Positions 13,774 to 24,745 of a stretch of DNA of 64,000 nucleotides are shown in pieces (position 1 is the first letter of the stretch; each line of letters opens with the position of its first letter). The stretch lies in NCBI RefSeq assembly GCF_018977255.1, contig NW_024704743.1, positions 31,436,001 to 31,500,000 on the forward strand. Direction: 5' to 3'. The notes below the pieces were generated by a model. It made no database searches, was not told where the DNA came from, and saw nothing but the letters and a program-made list of their open reading frames with translations. This DNA comes from Callorhinchus milii. Its lineage: Eukaryota. Made by a program: the position numbers and the translations under genes.

Positions 13774-14560
13774 CTGCCCTGAACACCCCACTCCTCCTCC
13801 TCCTCCTCCTCCTCCTCTCTCCTCGGATAGAGATAGATTGTAACCCCCTAATCCAGTCTATAAACTCCCTAATGCAACAAAGGAAGCGCTGTGCAATGCA
13901 ATGCAATGTCCCCGCTGGAGAGAGAGAGAGAGAGAGGGGGAGAGGGGGGAGGAGAGGAGAGGGGGGGGGGGAACCAGGGGACCCCGGGGGTGGGGTGGGG
14001 GGGGGGGAGACTCCAGCTCCTGCAGGCGCCGGGCTCCCCTGTCCTGACGCCGGTGCCAGATGGCAACGCGAGAGAGGTGGTGGGTGTGGGAGGGGGGTGG
14101 GGGGGAAGCCAGGCCTGCGCTTGAGCTTGCACAGGGGGGGAGGGTGTGGGGTGGGGGGGGGGGGGGGGGGGAGACGGGCACTAGGCCTCTTTTAACACAC
14201 CGTTAACTTTTCTTCCACATCATCCAATGAGCCCCGGGACGCTTTGCAAACCCCCCCACACCCCCCCCTCCCCACACACATCCCTCCCCCCCCACACCCT
14301 CCCCTCCCCACACACACAGCCTCTGCTCTCCTGCTATCAGGTCTTGCACGGGGAGTGAGGGTCTGGGGTGTTGCACTGTCTCTGGGTCTCTCTCTCACAC
14401 ACACACATATATATATATATATATAATGTGTATTATATATAATATACTCACACACACCCGCGCGAAAAAAATAATTAAGACAATGATGAACCTTAGGCCT
14501 CTCCAAACGTGACCTTTTCCATCCGGGGGTGTGACCCCTCCCGCCCCAAAGCACCGTTTG
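13774..14560 (-). promoter_or_regulatory. Candidate intronic promoter / alternative first exon (E2F3b-like)
   Basis: GC-rich. E2F site GCGCGAAA 14460-14467, CCAAT 14224-14228, X-box-like 14053-14067, and minus-strand donor CAG|GTAGGG at 13774/13773, about 1.4 kb into intron 1. Confidence 0.4.
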
Positions 14561-15047
14561 CAAAAGCAAAAGCAAAATGAAAATTAAAAAAAGGGGAAAA
14601 AAAAAGCAACGACACAGACACACACTCCCACAACCCCACACACACCCACAGCCCCACACACACACACCCCCACACACACACACCCACAGCCCCACACACA
14701 CACACCCCCACAGCCCCACACACACACACCCCCACAGCCACTGAACCGCGCAAACGACTGCATAAGAATATTTATTCCGATGCGAGAGTGAGAGTTAAAC
14801 GCCTCCTCCCCCCCACCACCCACATACATATGCATACATACCCCCCCACTCCCCCCCCACACCCCCATGACCGCGGGCAGACAGACCCGGCCCGGCCCCG
14901 GTTGCTTACACTTTCCCTTTCACATGAGGACGAGCTGCCGGGCGGGCGGGGGGGGGGGGAGGGAGGGGAGGGCTCGAGCTTTAACTACAAGTTACAGCAG
15001 CATCAGGACTTTTTTCGTCCGTCGAGAGGAGGGGGTGTTGATGGGGG

Positions 15048-15078
<31 letters not shown>

Positions 15079-15171
15079 GGGAAGAGAAGGCGAGTGGAGG
15101 GAAATGGTTGCAGTCCGCCCGACAACCCGAGGATTTTTTTTTTTGCACGAATTGAAACGAAGCTCATTTAC

Positions 15172-15373
15172 CGGAGTCCTTCCTCCTCCTCCTCCGCCGC
15201 CGCCACCACCACCAGCAGCAGCAGCCGCGCCCCCTCCCGCTCTCCCCCCCCCCCCCCCCCGCCCGGGGGAAGCCGGTCACCGTCACGTCCTCCACCGCCA
15301 GAGAGACAACCCCCCCCCCACCCACCAGCACCACCCCCCCCCCCACCTCCAGCCGAGACCAGCCTTTCCGCAT
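15172..15373 (-). CDS. E2F3: Probable E2F3a first coding exon (MRKG...GGGGRTP), with an apparent 1-nt frameshift in a poly-G run
   Basis: Starts MRKG like E2F3a and ends in Ala/Gly-rich ...GGA AGG ACT CCG|gtaaat, a phase-0 donor matching phase-0 exon 2. It is 202 nt as assembled; removing one G gives 67 open codons. Lies in the CpG island. Confidence 0.7.
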
Positions 15374-15597
15374 TATTATTCTGGCCGCCGGGGAACCTGC
15401 TGCAGAGGTGGGTTGTTGTTTTTTTTCTAATATATATATATATATCTATTTTTAAAAAAAATCTTTTTCTTCTTTGTCAATTCTTCCTCCTCCTCTCCTC
15501 CTGGATCCGGGTAAAATATCCCCAGATTCCGCCAAGGCGGGTCGGCTCGGCTCGACTCAGCTCCTCTCGGTGAGAGGAGGATTTTGAGGGAGAGGAG

Positions 15598-15628
<31 letters not shown>

Positions 15629-15805
15629 GGTGATGGTGGTGGGAGGAGGGAAGGAGAAGGCAGATGCAAAAAAAAAAGAGAGAGAGAAAAGTGTTTCAAA
15701 GTTCCTTTTCCAGATAAACACTCAGTTCTAATAATAACAACAAATACATTTTTTTTTAAAAAAAAATAAAAACGAAACAAACCCAGCACAGAGCAGGCAG
15801 TGAGT

Positions 15806-15836
<31 letters not shown>

Positions 15837-15929
15837 AAAGAGAGAGAGAGAAAAGGCGGCGGATGAATTGAAATGAAATAAACTAAACTGAACTGGAAGC
15901 AATGAATGGAGAAGGTGATCCCCTGCTCG

Positions 15930-16500
15930 CCCGTTCCCGCGGATTTTTCAAACCTCATTTGCATCCCGCCCTCTCCCGATTGGCCGGCGGCCGCGGGGGC
16001 TGTTGGGTAATGTGGGCGGAGTTGGAAACCCCGCCCTCCCCTCCGCGTCACGGCGTTCTCCGTTGCCATGGCGCCCGGGGACGCTCCCGCCCCGCCTGGT
16101 GGTTCCCCCGCGCCAGCGCACTTTGACCCGGAGGTGGGGGGGGTTCCCTCGCGCCGCGCGACGCGACGCGACACGACACGTGCGCACAGGCCGGGGCTGG
16201 GGACGCACGCGGCACTGGGCGGGGCCCGCGCCCCGCCCGCCCGCGCCCGCCCTACCCGCCCGCCCGCCCGCCCGCCGCCCCACAGCCGTGCACTGCAGAG
16301 GGCGGGCACCGTGCACTTTGCGAGCAGCGCCCCTCTCTGTCGCCGTTGCTGACCACTTCTTGAGGATTTCACCAAAGGGCAGTCGGGGTTCGGCTCATAG
16401 GCTGTCCTTCTGCACATGTCCGCAGCTGCCCCCCAATCAGCCGTCAGAGGGCCTCCGCCCAAAAGGGGAGCAACAAGTCAGTCCCGAGCTCTGATGGGGT
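15930..16500 (-). promoter_or_regulatory. CpG-island promoter of E2F3a
   Basis: Very GC/CpG rich. E2F site TTCCCGC 15934-15940 next to CHR-like TTCAAA 15947-15952; octamer ATTTGCAT 15957-15964; CCAAT boxes 15979-15983 and 16433-16437; X-box-like GTTGCCATGGCGCC 16062-16075; E-box CACGTG 16177-16182; many GC boxes. Confidence 0.75.
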
Positions 16501-16785
16501 TTTTTTTTAAAAAAAAAGATATGTACTCCCACATGTTTTTTAGATTGAGGTTTGTGTCTCTCTTAAGTGTTTTACGATAGGGTTTTTTTTTTGTTGAAAT
16601 GTTGGGATGAGGATCCGTCTGATAACGTCACTCACGGAGAATGACAGCAGCAAAATTGCATTGGTACGCAGCGCCGTTCACGTCGGGAGGACGTCCCGAG
16701 GCGCTGGACGGTCAGTGTTTCGGACCCGAGCTGCGGGTGGGGATCGGGGAGGGTGACTGAAGGGATGGTCAAAGAGGAGGGTCTT

Positions 16786-17172
16786 GACCTCTCCGACCTC
16801 CTATCCCCCTACCTACCTGCCCGTACCCTCCGTTCCTCTGGCTCCGGTCTGCTCCACATCCCCCGCCCCAACTGCCCTACCATCGGTGGACGGGCCTTCA
16901 GCCTCTCAGCCCCGAGGCTCTGGAACTCCATCCTCCAGTGCCTTCGCCGCTTCCTCCCTTTCCTCCTTCAAGGCCGGTCTCAAGACCTTTCTCTTTGACC
17001 GAGCCTTCAGCTCCCCTCTCAACTCTCTACCCCCTCCTCGCTCCCTCCCTCCCTTCCCTCCCCTCACCCTGACCATTTCCCCTCTGCTCAGGTCCCGACC
17101 CAACTGTACAGCGCCTTGGGACGTCCTCCCGACCTGAAAGGCGCTCAATAAATGCAATCTTGTTGTTGTTGT
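16786..17172 (+). mobile_element. Young L2 3' fragment nested antiparallel in the long L2
   Basis: DLLSPYLPARTLRSSGSGLLHIP...LWNSI; CpG-rich; (TTG)n tail. Confidence 0.9.
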
Positions 17173-17783
17173 TGAAGGAGGCGAGGGAGGGAAGGAGGGA
17201 GGGAGCGGGAAGGAGGGACTGTGGGATGGAGTTCCAAGGGTGGGGACAGAGTGGCAGAAGGCCCGCCTGCCAATGGTGGGGTGGGCAAGGCAGGGGGTCG
17301 TGAAGCAGGCTGGAGCTAACTGAGCAGAGGGAACAGGTAGGAGGTTAGGTGGGAGCAAAGCCATGGAGGGCTTTGAAGGTGAGGAGCAGGATCTTGAACT
17401 ATCCTCTGTGTGATGGGAGAGCCGACAAGCAGGGAGTTTGCGTAGTCGAGCCTGGATGTTATGGATGTGTGGATGAGGGTTTCAGCGGCCTGCTGTGTGA
17501 GACAAGTGGCGGAGCCGGGCGATGTTGCGGAGGTAGGGAAAAGCAGAGCGAGTCCTGGCACAGATGTGGGGTAGAAAGGATAGTTGGAGGGTCAAACAAG
17601 ATGCCAAGGTTCCGGACTGGCTCAGTGAGGTGCATCTTGATGACGTGCAACTGTAGAAAGTTGGCTTTCATCCAGAACTTGATGCCTGACAGACATTCTG
17701 TCGGACAGTAGTGGCCCTGGGGTCGAGGGTGGAGGCAGAGAGTTAGAGATAGAGAGCATACATGTGGAAATTGACCTCGTGTT

Positions 17784-18104
17784 TGTGGAGTCCTGTAGCT
17801 CAGTGGTTAGACCACTCGCTTTGCAAGCGAGAGACCTGAGTTCAATTCCAGGCAGAGGGCGAAACCTTGGGCAAGTTTCCTTACTCCACACGCCTAATAA
17901 TAATCCCTCCAAAAAAACAAAAATAATAATAAATTGGTCATTTTCAATCTACGACTGTTTGTGGGACATTGCTGTGCGCAATTGGCTGCCGCGTTCGCCC
18001 ACAAATATACAGTCAATTCACTTTACAGTGTGTTCTGTGAAGCGCTTTGGGACGTCCTCCCGACGTGAAAAGCGCTATATCAAATGCAAGGATTATTATT
18101 ATTA
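17784..18104 (+). mobile_element. Young full-length SINE nested in the L2 RT region
   Basis: Intact A-box (TAGCTCAGTGG) and B-box-like (GTTCAATTCC). Host L2 reads through the site when compared with copies at ~10250 and ~23510. Confidence 0.95.
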
Positions 18105-20032
18105 TGATGATGTCACCAAGAGGAGCACATAGATGTTGAAAAGGAGTGGACCAAGGACAGAGCCCTGAGAAACTCTGCACAAGATGGTATGGGGGCTATA
18201 GGAGAAGCCATTTGTGGAGATGAAGTGGAGACGGTGTGAGAGGTAGGATCTGAACCATTCAAGAACCATGAAGGTTGAGGTGAGAGGAGAAGTGGAGGAG
18301 GATAGAGTGGTCAACAGTATCAAAGGCATTAGAGAGGACAAGGAGGCAGAGGGAACCCTGGTCGCAGGTGAACAAAATGTCATTTGTCACTTTGACCAGG
18401 GCTGTTTCTGTGCTGTGGACGGCACGGAAACCTGATTGGAGGGGTTCATGAAGGTAGTGGCGGGAGCGGAAGGAGCAAAGCTGGGAAGCAACATATCATT
18501 CCAGGACCTTGGAAAAGAAAGGGAGGTTGGAGATGAGGCAGTAGTTTGAGAGCGATGATGGGCCCAGGGAGGCTTTTTTTGAAAGATAGGGGTGATGTCG
18601 GCAGTTTTCAGCGGGGTGGGTATGGTACCAGCAAACAGGGAGAGGTTTATGATGTTTGAGTAGGAGAGCAAGGATATGGAGCTGGGAGGTAAGGAGAAGG
18701 GTATGGGTGGGATTGATGGAGCACGTGATCAGTTTCATGTGGGTTATGGTGGCGATGAGAGAGGAGGGGAAGACAGGTTTGAAGGTGCGGAAGGAGGGAT
18801 GGGTAGGGGAAGGCTGTGAGGGGGGAGATGGGGAGGAAGGGCAGAGGCAGCTGAGTGGATTCCCTCGACTTTCGAGGAAGTCCAGCATCTCGCAGTTGGC
18901 ATTGGAGGAGAGGATGGGCGAGCTGTGAGAGGGTGGGTGGAGGGGCCAGTTGGTGATGGAGAAGAGGAGCCTGGGGTTGTCCTTGGTCTTGGAGAAGAAG
19001 GACGATTTAGCGGAGGCGAGGGCGGAGACGTAAGATTTGATGTGGTCCAGCCAGATCTGCCGATGGACTGTTAAGTTGGATTTGAGCCTGGTGTGTTCAG
19101 TGCATGCACTTGAGCCTTAAGGGAGCAGAGGTGGCTGGTGTACCAGGCTGACTTCCATGAGTAAGAAATGGTTCAGGAAGTGAAGGGGGCAAGGGGAGAA
19201 GAGGTCATTGCGGGAGGAAGCCCAGAGGGAAGGAGTTCAGATGACTCCCAAGGCAGCAGAGTGGGAGGCGGGGGAGATTTTTTTCTAGGAGTGATAGTAG
19301 ATGGAGGTGGGTTGGGTGGCCGTCAGGAGAGGAATTGAGGAGTTAAGGGAAATTAAGATGGCATTGTTGGTGATATTCGAGACCCAGGTAATCACCAGGT
19401 CAAGCAGGTGGCCATGGACATGGTAGAGGGTAAGGTGCTCAAAGGAGAGGAAGGTTCTGAAAGAGTAAGGGGATAGGCTGAGTGAGGACCGGGAGATGAG
19501 AGCCACACTGCCACCACGGCGGTTAGGTTGTGGGGTATGGTGGAAGGTGTAGCCAGATGGTGGGGCCTTGGTCAGGGGGAAGGTGTCATCTGGGGTGACC
19601 CAGGTTTCAGTGAGGGCGAGGATGTCGATGTTTTCATCGACAATGAGGTCTTGGATGGTGAGTGTTTTGCTGGAGAGGGAGCGGACATTTTGTAGGCCAA
19701 TATGGAGGGGATAGTTGGTGGTGGAGGAATAGGCGAGACGAGGGAGGGGGAGGATTGAGAGGAATGGTGGGGATATCGATGAGGGAGGAGAGGTTTGTCC
19801 CCGAGTCAGGGACCGATGGGCCTTGCGGCAGAGGTAGGGGGTGGAGCAATCAGGAGGGTGGCTGCTGTTGGACAGTCAGCCGGGTCTGCCACAGTGGGTG
19901 TGATGGAGGATTTGCAGAGCAAAGTGCACACTCCAAGACTAAGAGTGGGTGGGGGGGGGGTGGGCGGTGGTCAGCGTAGCATGGTGTGGGTCATGGGGAA
20001 TAACTAATCTAATAACATTAATAGCAGCTAAC

Positions 20033-21409
20033 AACTAATCGAATAACATTCATCTAATGACGCAGGGAGTTTAGAGGAACATTGTTAAACAGAGGGTGAT
20101 GAGAATGTGAAACTCATCGCCGGAAGCTGTGGTTAAAGCAGAAATCATCAGCCTCTTTAAGAAGAAATGATGCGTACATGAGGAGAAGGCAATCAAGGGC
20201 TATGCGAGAGGGGTAGAACACATTTGTTTTGGTCAGCCGGGTGTCTGACACATGCAGAAACATCTCACCATGCTTAAGAGTAACCAAACTGAGAATTCCA
20301 CGCATTCCACCTCACATGGAAATCCAGAGAGAGATTGTTGGAATGGAAAGCACACTCTCTCCTTGGAGGGAAGCATCCTGCTTACCTAATTCCGGAGAGT
20401 ATTAGATGCAGGTTGGCAAGAGCCCAGGCTTGGGGTACTTTTGGAGTTGACTTTTTTTTAGACTTTTGGAGTCTAACCAGCTAAAACAGAAGAGCTTGCC
20501 ATTGATAGCACTGTCAATGGCTCACGTGGATTATAACAACATCTTGCATTTAAATCATGTCTTGCACACGGGGCAGGGTCTCGGAGCGCTTATAAACACC
20601 AGGGCGGACTGGTTGGCTGAAATGGCCCGAGTTGGTGCTATAACATTCTAATGTAATTGCTTCACTAAAATGGTCCTTCTTCCTTTATCAAACCAAATAA
20701 GTTAGTATCTACAGATAATTTTAGATGTGTGTCAGCGTGGCTCAGTTAGTAGCTATCTCATCTCATCTCTTAGTCAGAAGGTAGTGAGTTCAAGCCCTAC
20801 ATCAGCACTTGAACTCGCGTATTCCAGGTTGACACTCCAATGCAGAGCGGGGGGGTGGGTTGCATTGTCAGAGATGTTAAACTGAGTAGATGTTAAAAAT
20901 CCCATGGCACTATTTAAGGATAAGGAAGCTTCTTCTTCTGGGGTCCAAACCCTGCAATGAGGATTCGATTACGTTAACCAAGGGTGGACTGGTTGGCTGA
21001 AATGGCCTGTGTTGGTGCTGTAACACCCTTAACCAAGCTCCACGCCTCTTGCATACCCCTCGATTGCCTTCTCCCTCATGTATGCATTGTTTCCTCCTTA
21101 GCCTCCTTCAAGTCCCGCCTCAAGACCCTCTCTTCGACCATGCCATCGGTCACCCCCCTTCTCCTCCCTTCTCCCTCCCTGACCCCAGCTTGAGTCTGAA
21201 ATGCTGTACACTGTCCAGCGCCTTGGGACGTCCTCCCGACGTGAAAGGCGCTATACAAATGTAATCTTGTTGTTGTTGGTGTTAAAGAGGCTGATGATTT
21301 CTGTTTTAACCACAGCTTCTGGCAATGAGTTTCACATTCTCATCACCCTCTGTTTAACAATGTTCCTCTAAACTCCCTGAGTCATATGATGAATGTTATT
21401 AGATTAGTT
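20033..21409. repeat. Inverted pair of CR1-derived arms (20033-20211 and 21045-21409; right arm split by L2 tail ~21101-21281)
   Basis: Arms are reverse complements with few mismatches. Confidence 0.85.
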
Positions 21410-21605
21410 CATCTCTAAGGCTACCTTTTAGTGAACTCCCTATCTTCCTATTTTTGAATGTCCTATATCAAGCGCTCCGGAACAATAGTGTGATAGGCGC
21501 TATGTAAATGCAAGTGATTGTTGTCTCTCCCTCGATCCCTCTGCCTTGCCCCCTTCCTCCCCACCTTCAAATCCCGCCTAAAGACCTTCCTTTTTGATCG
21601 TGCTT

Positions 21606-21933
21606 ATAATAATAATAATCCTTGCATTTGATATAGCGCTTTTCACGTCGGGAGGATGTCCCAAAGCGCTTCACAGAACACACTGTAAAGTGAGTTGACT
21701 GTATATTTGTGGGCGAACGCGGCAGCCAATTGCGCACAGCAATGTCCCACAAACAGTCATAGATTGAAAATGACCAATTTAATTATTGTTTTTTTTGTTT
21801 TTTGGAGGGATTATTATTAGGCGTGTGGAGTAAGGAAACTTGCCCAAGGTTTCGCCCTGACCTGCCTGGAATTGAACTCAGGTCTCTCGCTTGCAAAGCG
21901 AGTGCTCTAACCACTGAGCTACAGGACTCCACA
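21606..21933 (-). mobile_element. Young full-length SINE inserted in an L2 3' fragment (~21540-22065)
   Basis: Full head-to-tail match; flanked by TGCTTAT at 21601 and 21940. Confidence 0.95.
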
Positions 21934-22929
21934 AAGGACTGCTTATGGTCACCTCCCCCCCCCCTCTCTCCCCTTGGCTCGTTGGAAGACTCCGCCACTG
22001 TGAAGCTCTCCGGGACGCTACCCCGCGTGAAAGACGCTATATAAATGCAAGTTGTGGTTGTTGAAGTTGTTTTTGTTGTATCCTTGTGGTATTGCAGATT
22101 CTACAGTCTGAGTTAAGCCATGTTTGTGTGATTCCTACGTCATTAAGATCAGTTGCCATTGCTGTTTCAATAATCAATTAATTTTGAATGCTTCTGGCAC
22201 ACATTAATTTACTTCCAATGATGGTCTTTCCCTTAACCTCTTTGTCTCATTGCCTGGTCTTGCCTTTTCTTTGAAATTGATTACTTGAATCCATATTTCT
22301 TTGATTATTTTGCTGCTGATTAAATTTTCTCTCTTGTTATTTCCCCTTTACCTTGAACTCCAACTTTAACTCAAGGTTAATGACCTTAGCTCTCCATTTT
22401 CTCTCCAAATTTCCAATTCTTAATGCTTAATGCTCACACTCTTGATCTAACCAGTCATTAAACTAAATTATATTACTTGTTATGTCCAAGCTCTGAGATA
22501 ATACTGGAAGCAAACCAGATATCATCAGCTGTGCCTTAAATCTGCCCACCAACTGCACATTTCTCAGACATTTCAGTTGATGATATTGTGTATCTCAAAC
22601 ACAATATAACTAGATTGACTCCCTTCCCCTTTTCCTTACTTGTTTCACCCACAAAATGCTTTAATCCACTTTACTGTCCTGTAATTCCTGTGAAACACTT
22701 TAAGACATTGCAATGATCGGCTATTGCAATATTGCAATATTTTTGCTATTACTATTTTTGTGTATCCCTCACGTTTGTCTTCTGTAAGTTGCACACAGCT
22801 TTATTGATTTTAACATCAACTCGCCATCTATTCGCCTCATCAAAGAGTTCCTTATGACAATAGTTTGTCTGGTCAATCCAATCCTGTGTATCCATCTCCT
22901 GAATTATTTTCCTCCTGGATTAAATCTCA

Positions 22930-23950
22930 TTACAACAACAACAAAATTATATTTATATAGCGCCTTTCACATCTGGAGGACGTCCCAAGGCGCTGGACAG
23001 TCAGAGTTTCGGACCCGAGCTGAGGGTTGGGATCGTGGAGGGCGGGGGGGAAGCAGTGAAGTCGGGCGAGGATGGGGTTGATAGGGTCGACAAGCAAGGA
23101 GTTTACATAGTCAGACCTCGATGTAATGAAGGTTTGTATGAGGGTTTCGGCGGCCTGCGGTGGGAGACAGTGGCGGAGCCGGGCGACGTTACGGAAGTGG
23201 GGGAAGGCAGAGCGGGTCGTGGCACAGATGTGGAGTAGAAAGGATAGTTGAGGGTCAAACAAGATGCAATGTTGTGGACTGGCTTAGTAAGGTGGAGAGT
23301 GCAACCATGGATGGTGATGCTGTCAGTGCCTGAGGTGAGGAGGCGCTGACAGGAGCCAATCAGGAGAGTCTCGGTCTTGTTGACGTTCAACTGAAGAAGT
23401 TAGCTCTCATCCAGGACTTGATGTCTGACAAATATTCTGTCAGGACAGCAGTGATCCTGGAGTCAAGGATGGAGGCAGAGGGATACAGTTGGGTGTCATC
23501 CGCATACATGTGGAAGTTGACCAAATATCTGCAGATGATGTCACCAAGAGGGAGCATTTAGATATTGAAGAGACGGGACCAAAGACAGAGCCCCGAAGAA
23601 CGCCGCACGAAACGGTGTGGGGGCTAGAGGAGAAGCCATTTGTGGAGATGAAGTAGAGGTGGTGTGAGACATCGGATCTGAACCAGTCAAGGACACAGCC
23701 ATGAAGGATGAGGATAGAGTGGTCAACGGTGTCGAAAGCAGCAGAGAGGTCAAGGAGGACGAGGAGGCAGAGGGAGCCCTGGTTGCAGATGGACAGAATA
23801 TCATTTGTCACATTGACCAGGGCTGTTTCTGTGCTGTGGGCGGCACGGAAACCCGATTGGAGGGGTTCATGAAGGGAGTGCAGGAGAGGAAGGAGCGAAG
23901 CTGGGAAGCAACAACTCGTTCCAGGACCTTGGAGAGGAAAGGGAAGTTAC
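22930..23950 (-). mobile_element. L2 LINE RT remnant with tail
   Basis: LVLLDLSAAFDTVDH and HMYADD motifs. Confidence 0.92.
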
Positions 23951-24276
23951 TTCCTCACTTGCTTCTCTTGAACACATGCTTGGGGTCAACTATTTCTGAA
24001 CTGGAATAAAAAATCTGGCATTGAGGGAAAAATAACACTGCATACTGAAGACATAACTGAGTATAAATGACTTTTACAGGTACTTAAACAATCAGAAAAA
24101 TATTACCAGCAACTAAAATTAAGCAGGAATGTAAAATAGGATTATTTTGTAATGTCATTACAAGCAGAAGCACTTTGCAGCGTAAGCAAATGATTTACAC
24201 AAAGCAATTGAGTACAATTTGCTGACACCAGGAAATTTAACACTTTAATATTCAGGCACCTATCGTCTGTACAATG

Positions 24277-24745
24277 ATAATAATAATCCTTGCATTTGAT
24301 ATAGCGCCTTATTAAGTCTTTGAGATGTCTCAAAGCGCTTCACAGAATATACTGTAAAATATAGTGACTGTATATTTTGTGGGTGAAACTCAGCAGCAAC
24401 TTGTGCACAGCCGTGCCCCACAAACAATTGCAGATTGAGTGACCATATTATTATTGTTTTTGAAGGTATTATTACACATGGAAAAACGATCTGTCAATCG
24501 ACTAACAACCAGCTTCCTACTTACTGCTAGGTAAACAGAGGTGTGTGGAGTAATAATAATAATCCTTGCATTTGATATAGAACCTTATCACGTCTTTGAA
24601 ATGTCTCAAAGCGGTTCACAGAATATACTGTAAAGTGAATTGACTGTATATTTTGTGAGCAAAACTTTCCTTACATTTTGCCCTGCCCGGGAATCGAACT
24701 ACATCCTCCCGCTTGCGAGGCAAGTGCCCTAATCAATACGCTCAA
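24277..24745 (-). mobile_element. Two tandem older SINE copies
   Basis: Two (ATT)n tails at ~24277 and ~24551; tRNA-like head near 24680-24745. Confidence 0.8.

Larger units (their letters stand above)
13230..15850. repeat. Cluster of microsatellites and homopolymers: (TA)n, (CA)n, (GA)n, (GGA)n, poly-G/C, and a ~25-bp CCCACAGCCCCACACACAC unit at 14620-14740
   Basis: Directly visible; explains the low-complexity Gly/Pro/Val-Cys ORFs. Confidence 0.9.
16645..19990 (-). mobile_element. Long, internally deleted L2 LINE (APE endonuclease + RT) with two nested insertions
   Basis: APE motif NVRSLSSK...DILALTETW at ~19600-19690; RT motifs PISNLPF.SKVLE-like and [15 protein letters not shown]; 3' tail at ~16645-16710. 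Confidence 0.9.

Noticed and set aside
13170..16494. Many overlapping Gly/Pro/Arg-rich ORFs
   Set aside because: Expected from GC-rich, low-complexity CpG-island DNA; only 15172-15373 has homology and splice support.
17784..17860. tRNA-Ala gene
   Set aside because: No complementary acceptor stem; it runs into a SINE body and is repeated many times.
16645..19990. Active autonomous LINE
   Set aside because: Multiple frameshifts, internal deletions and nested insertions.
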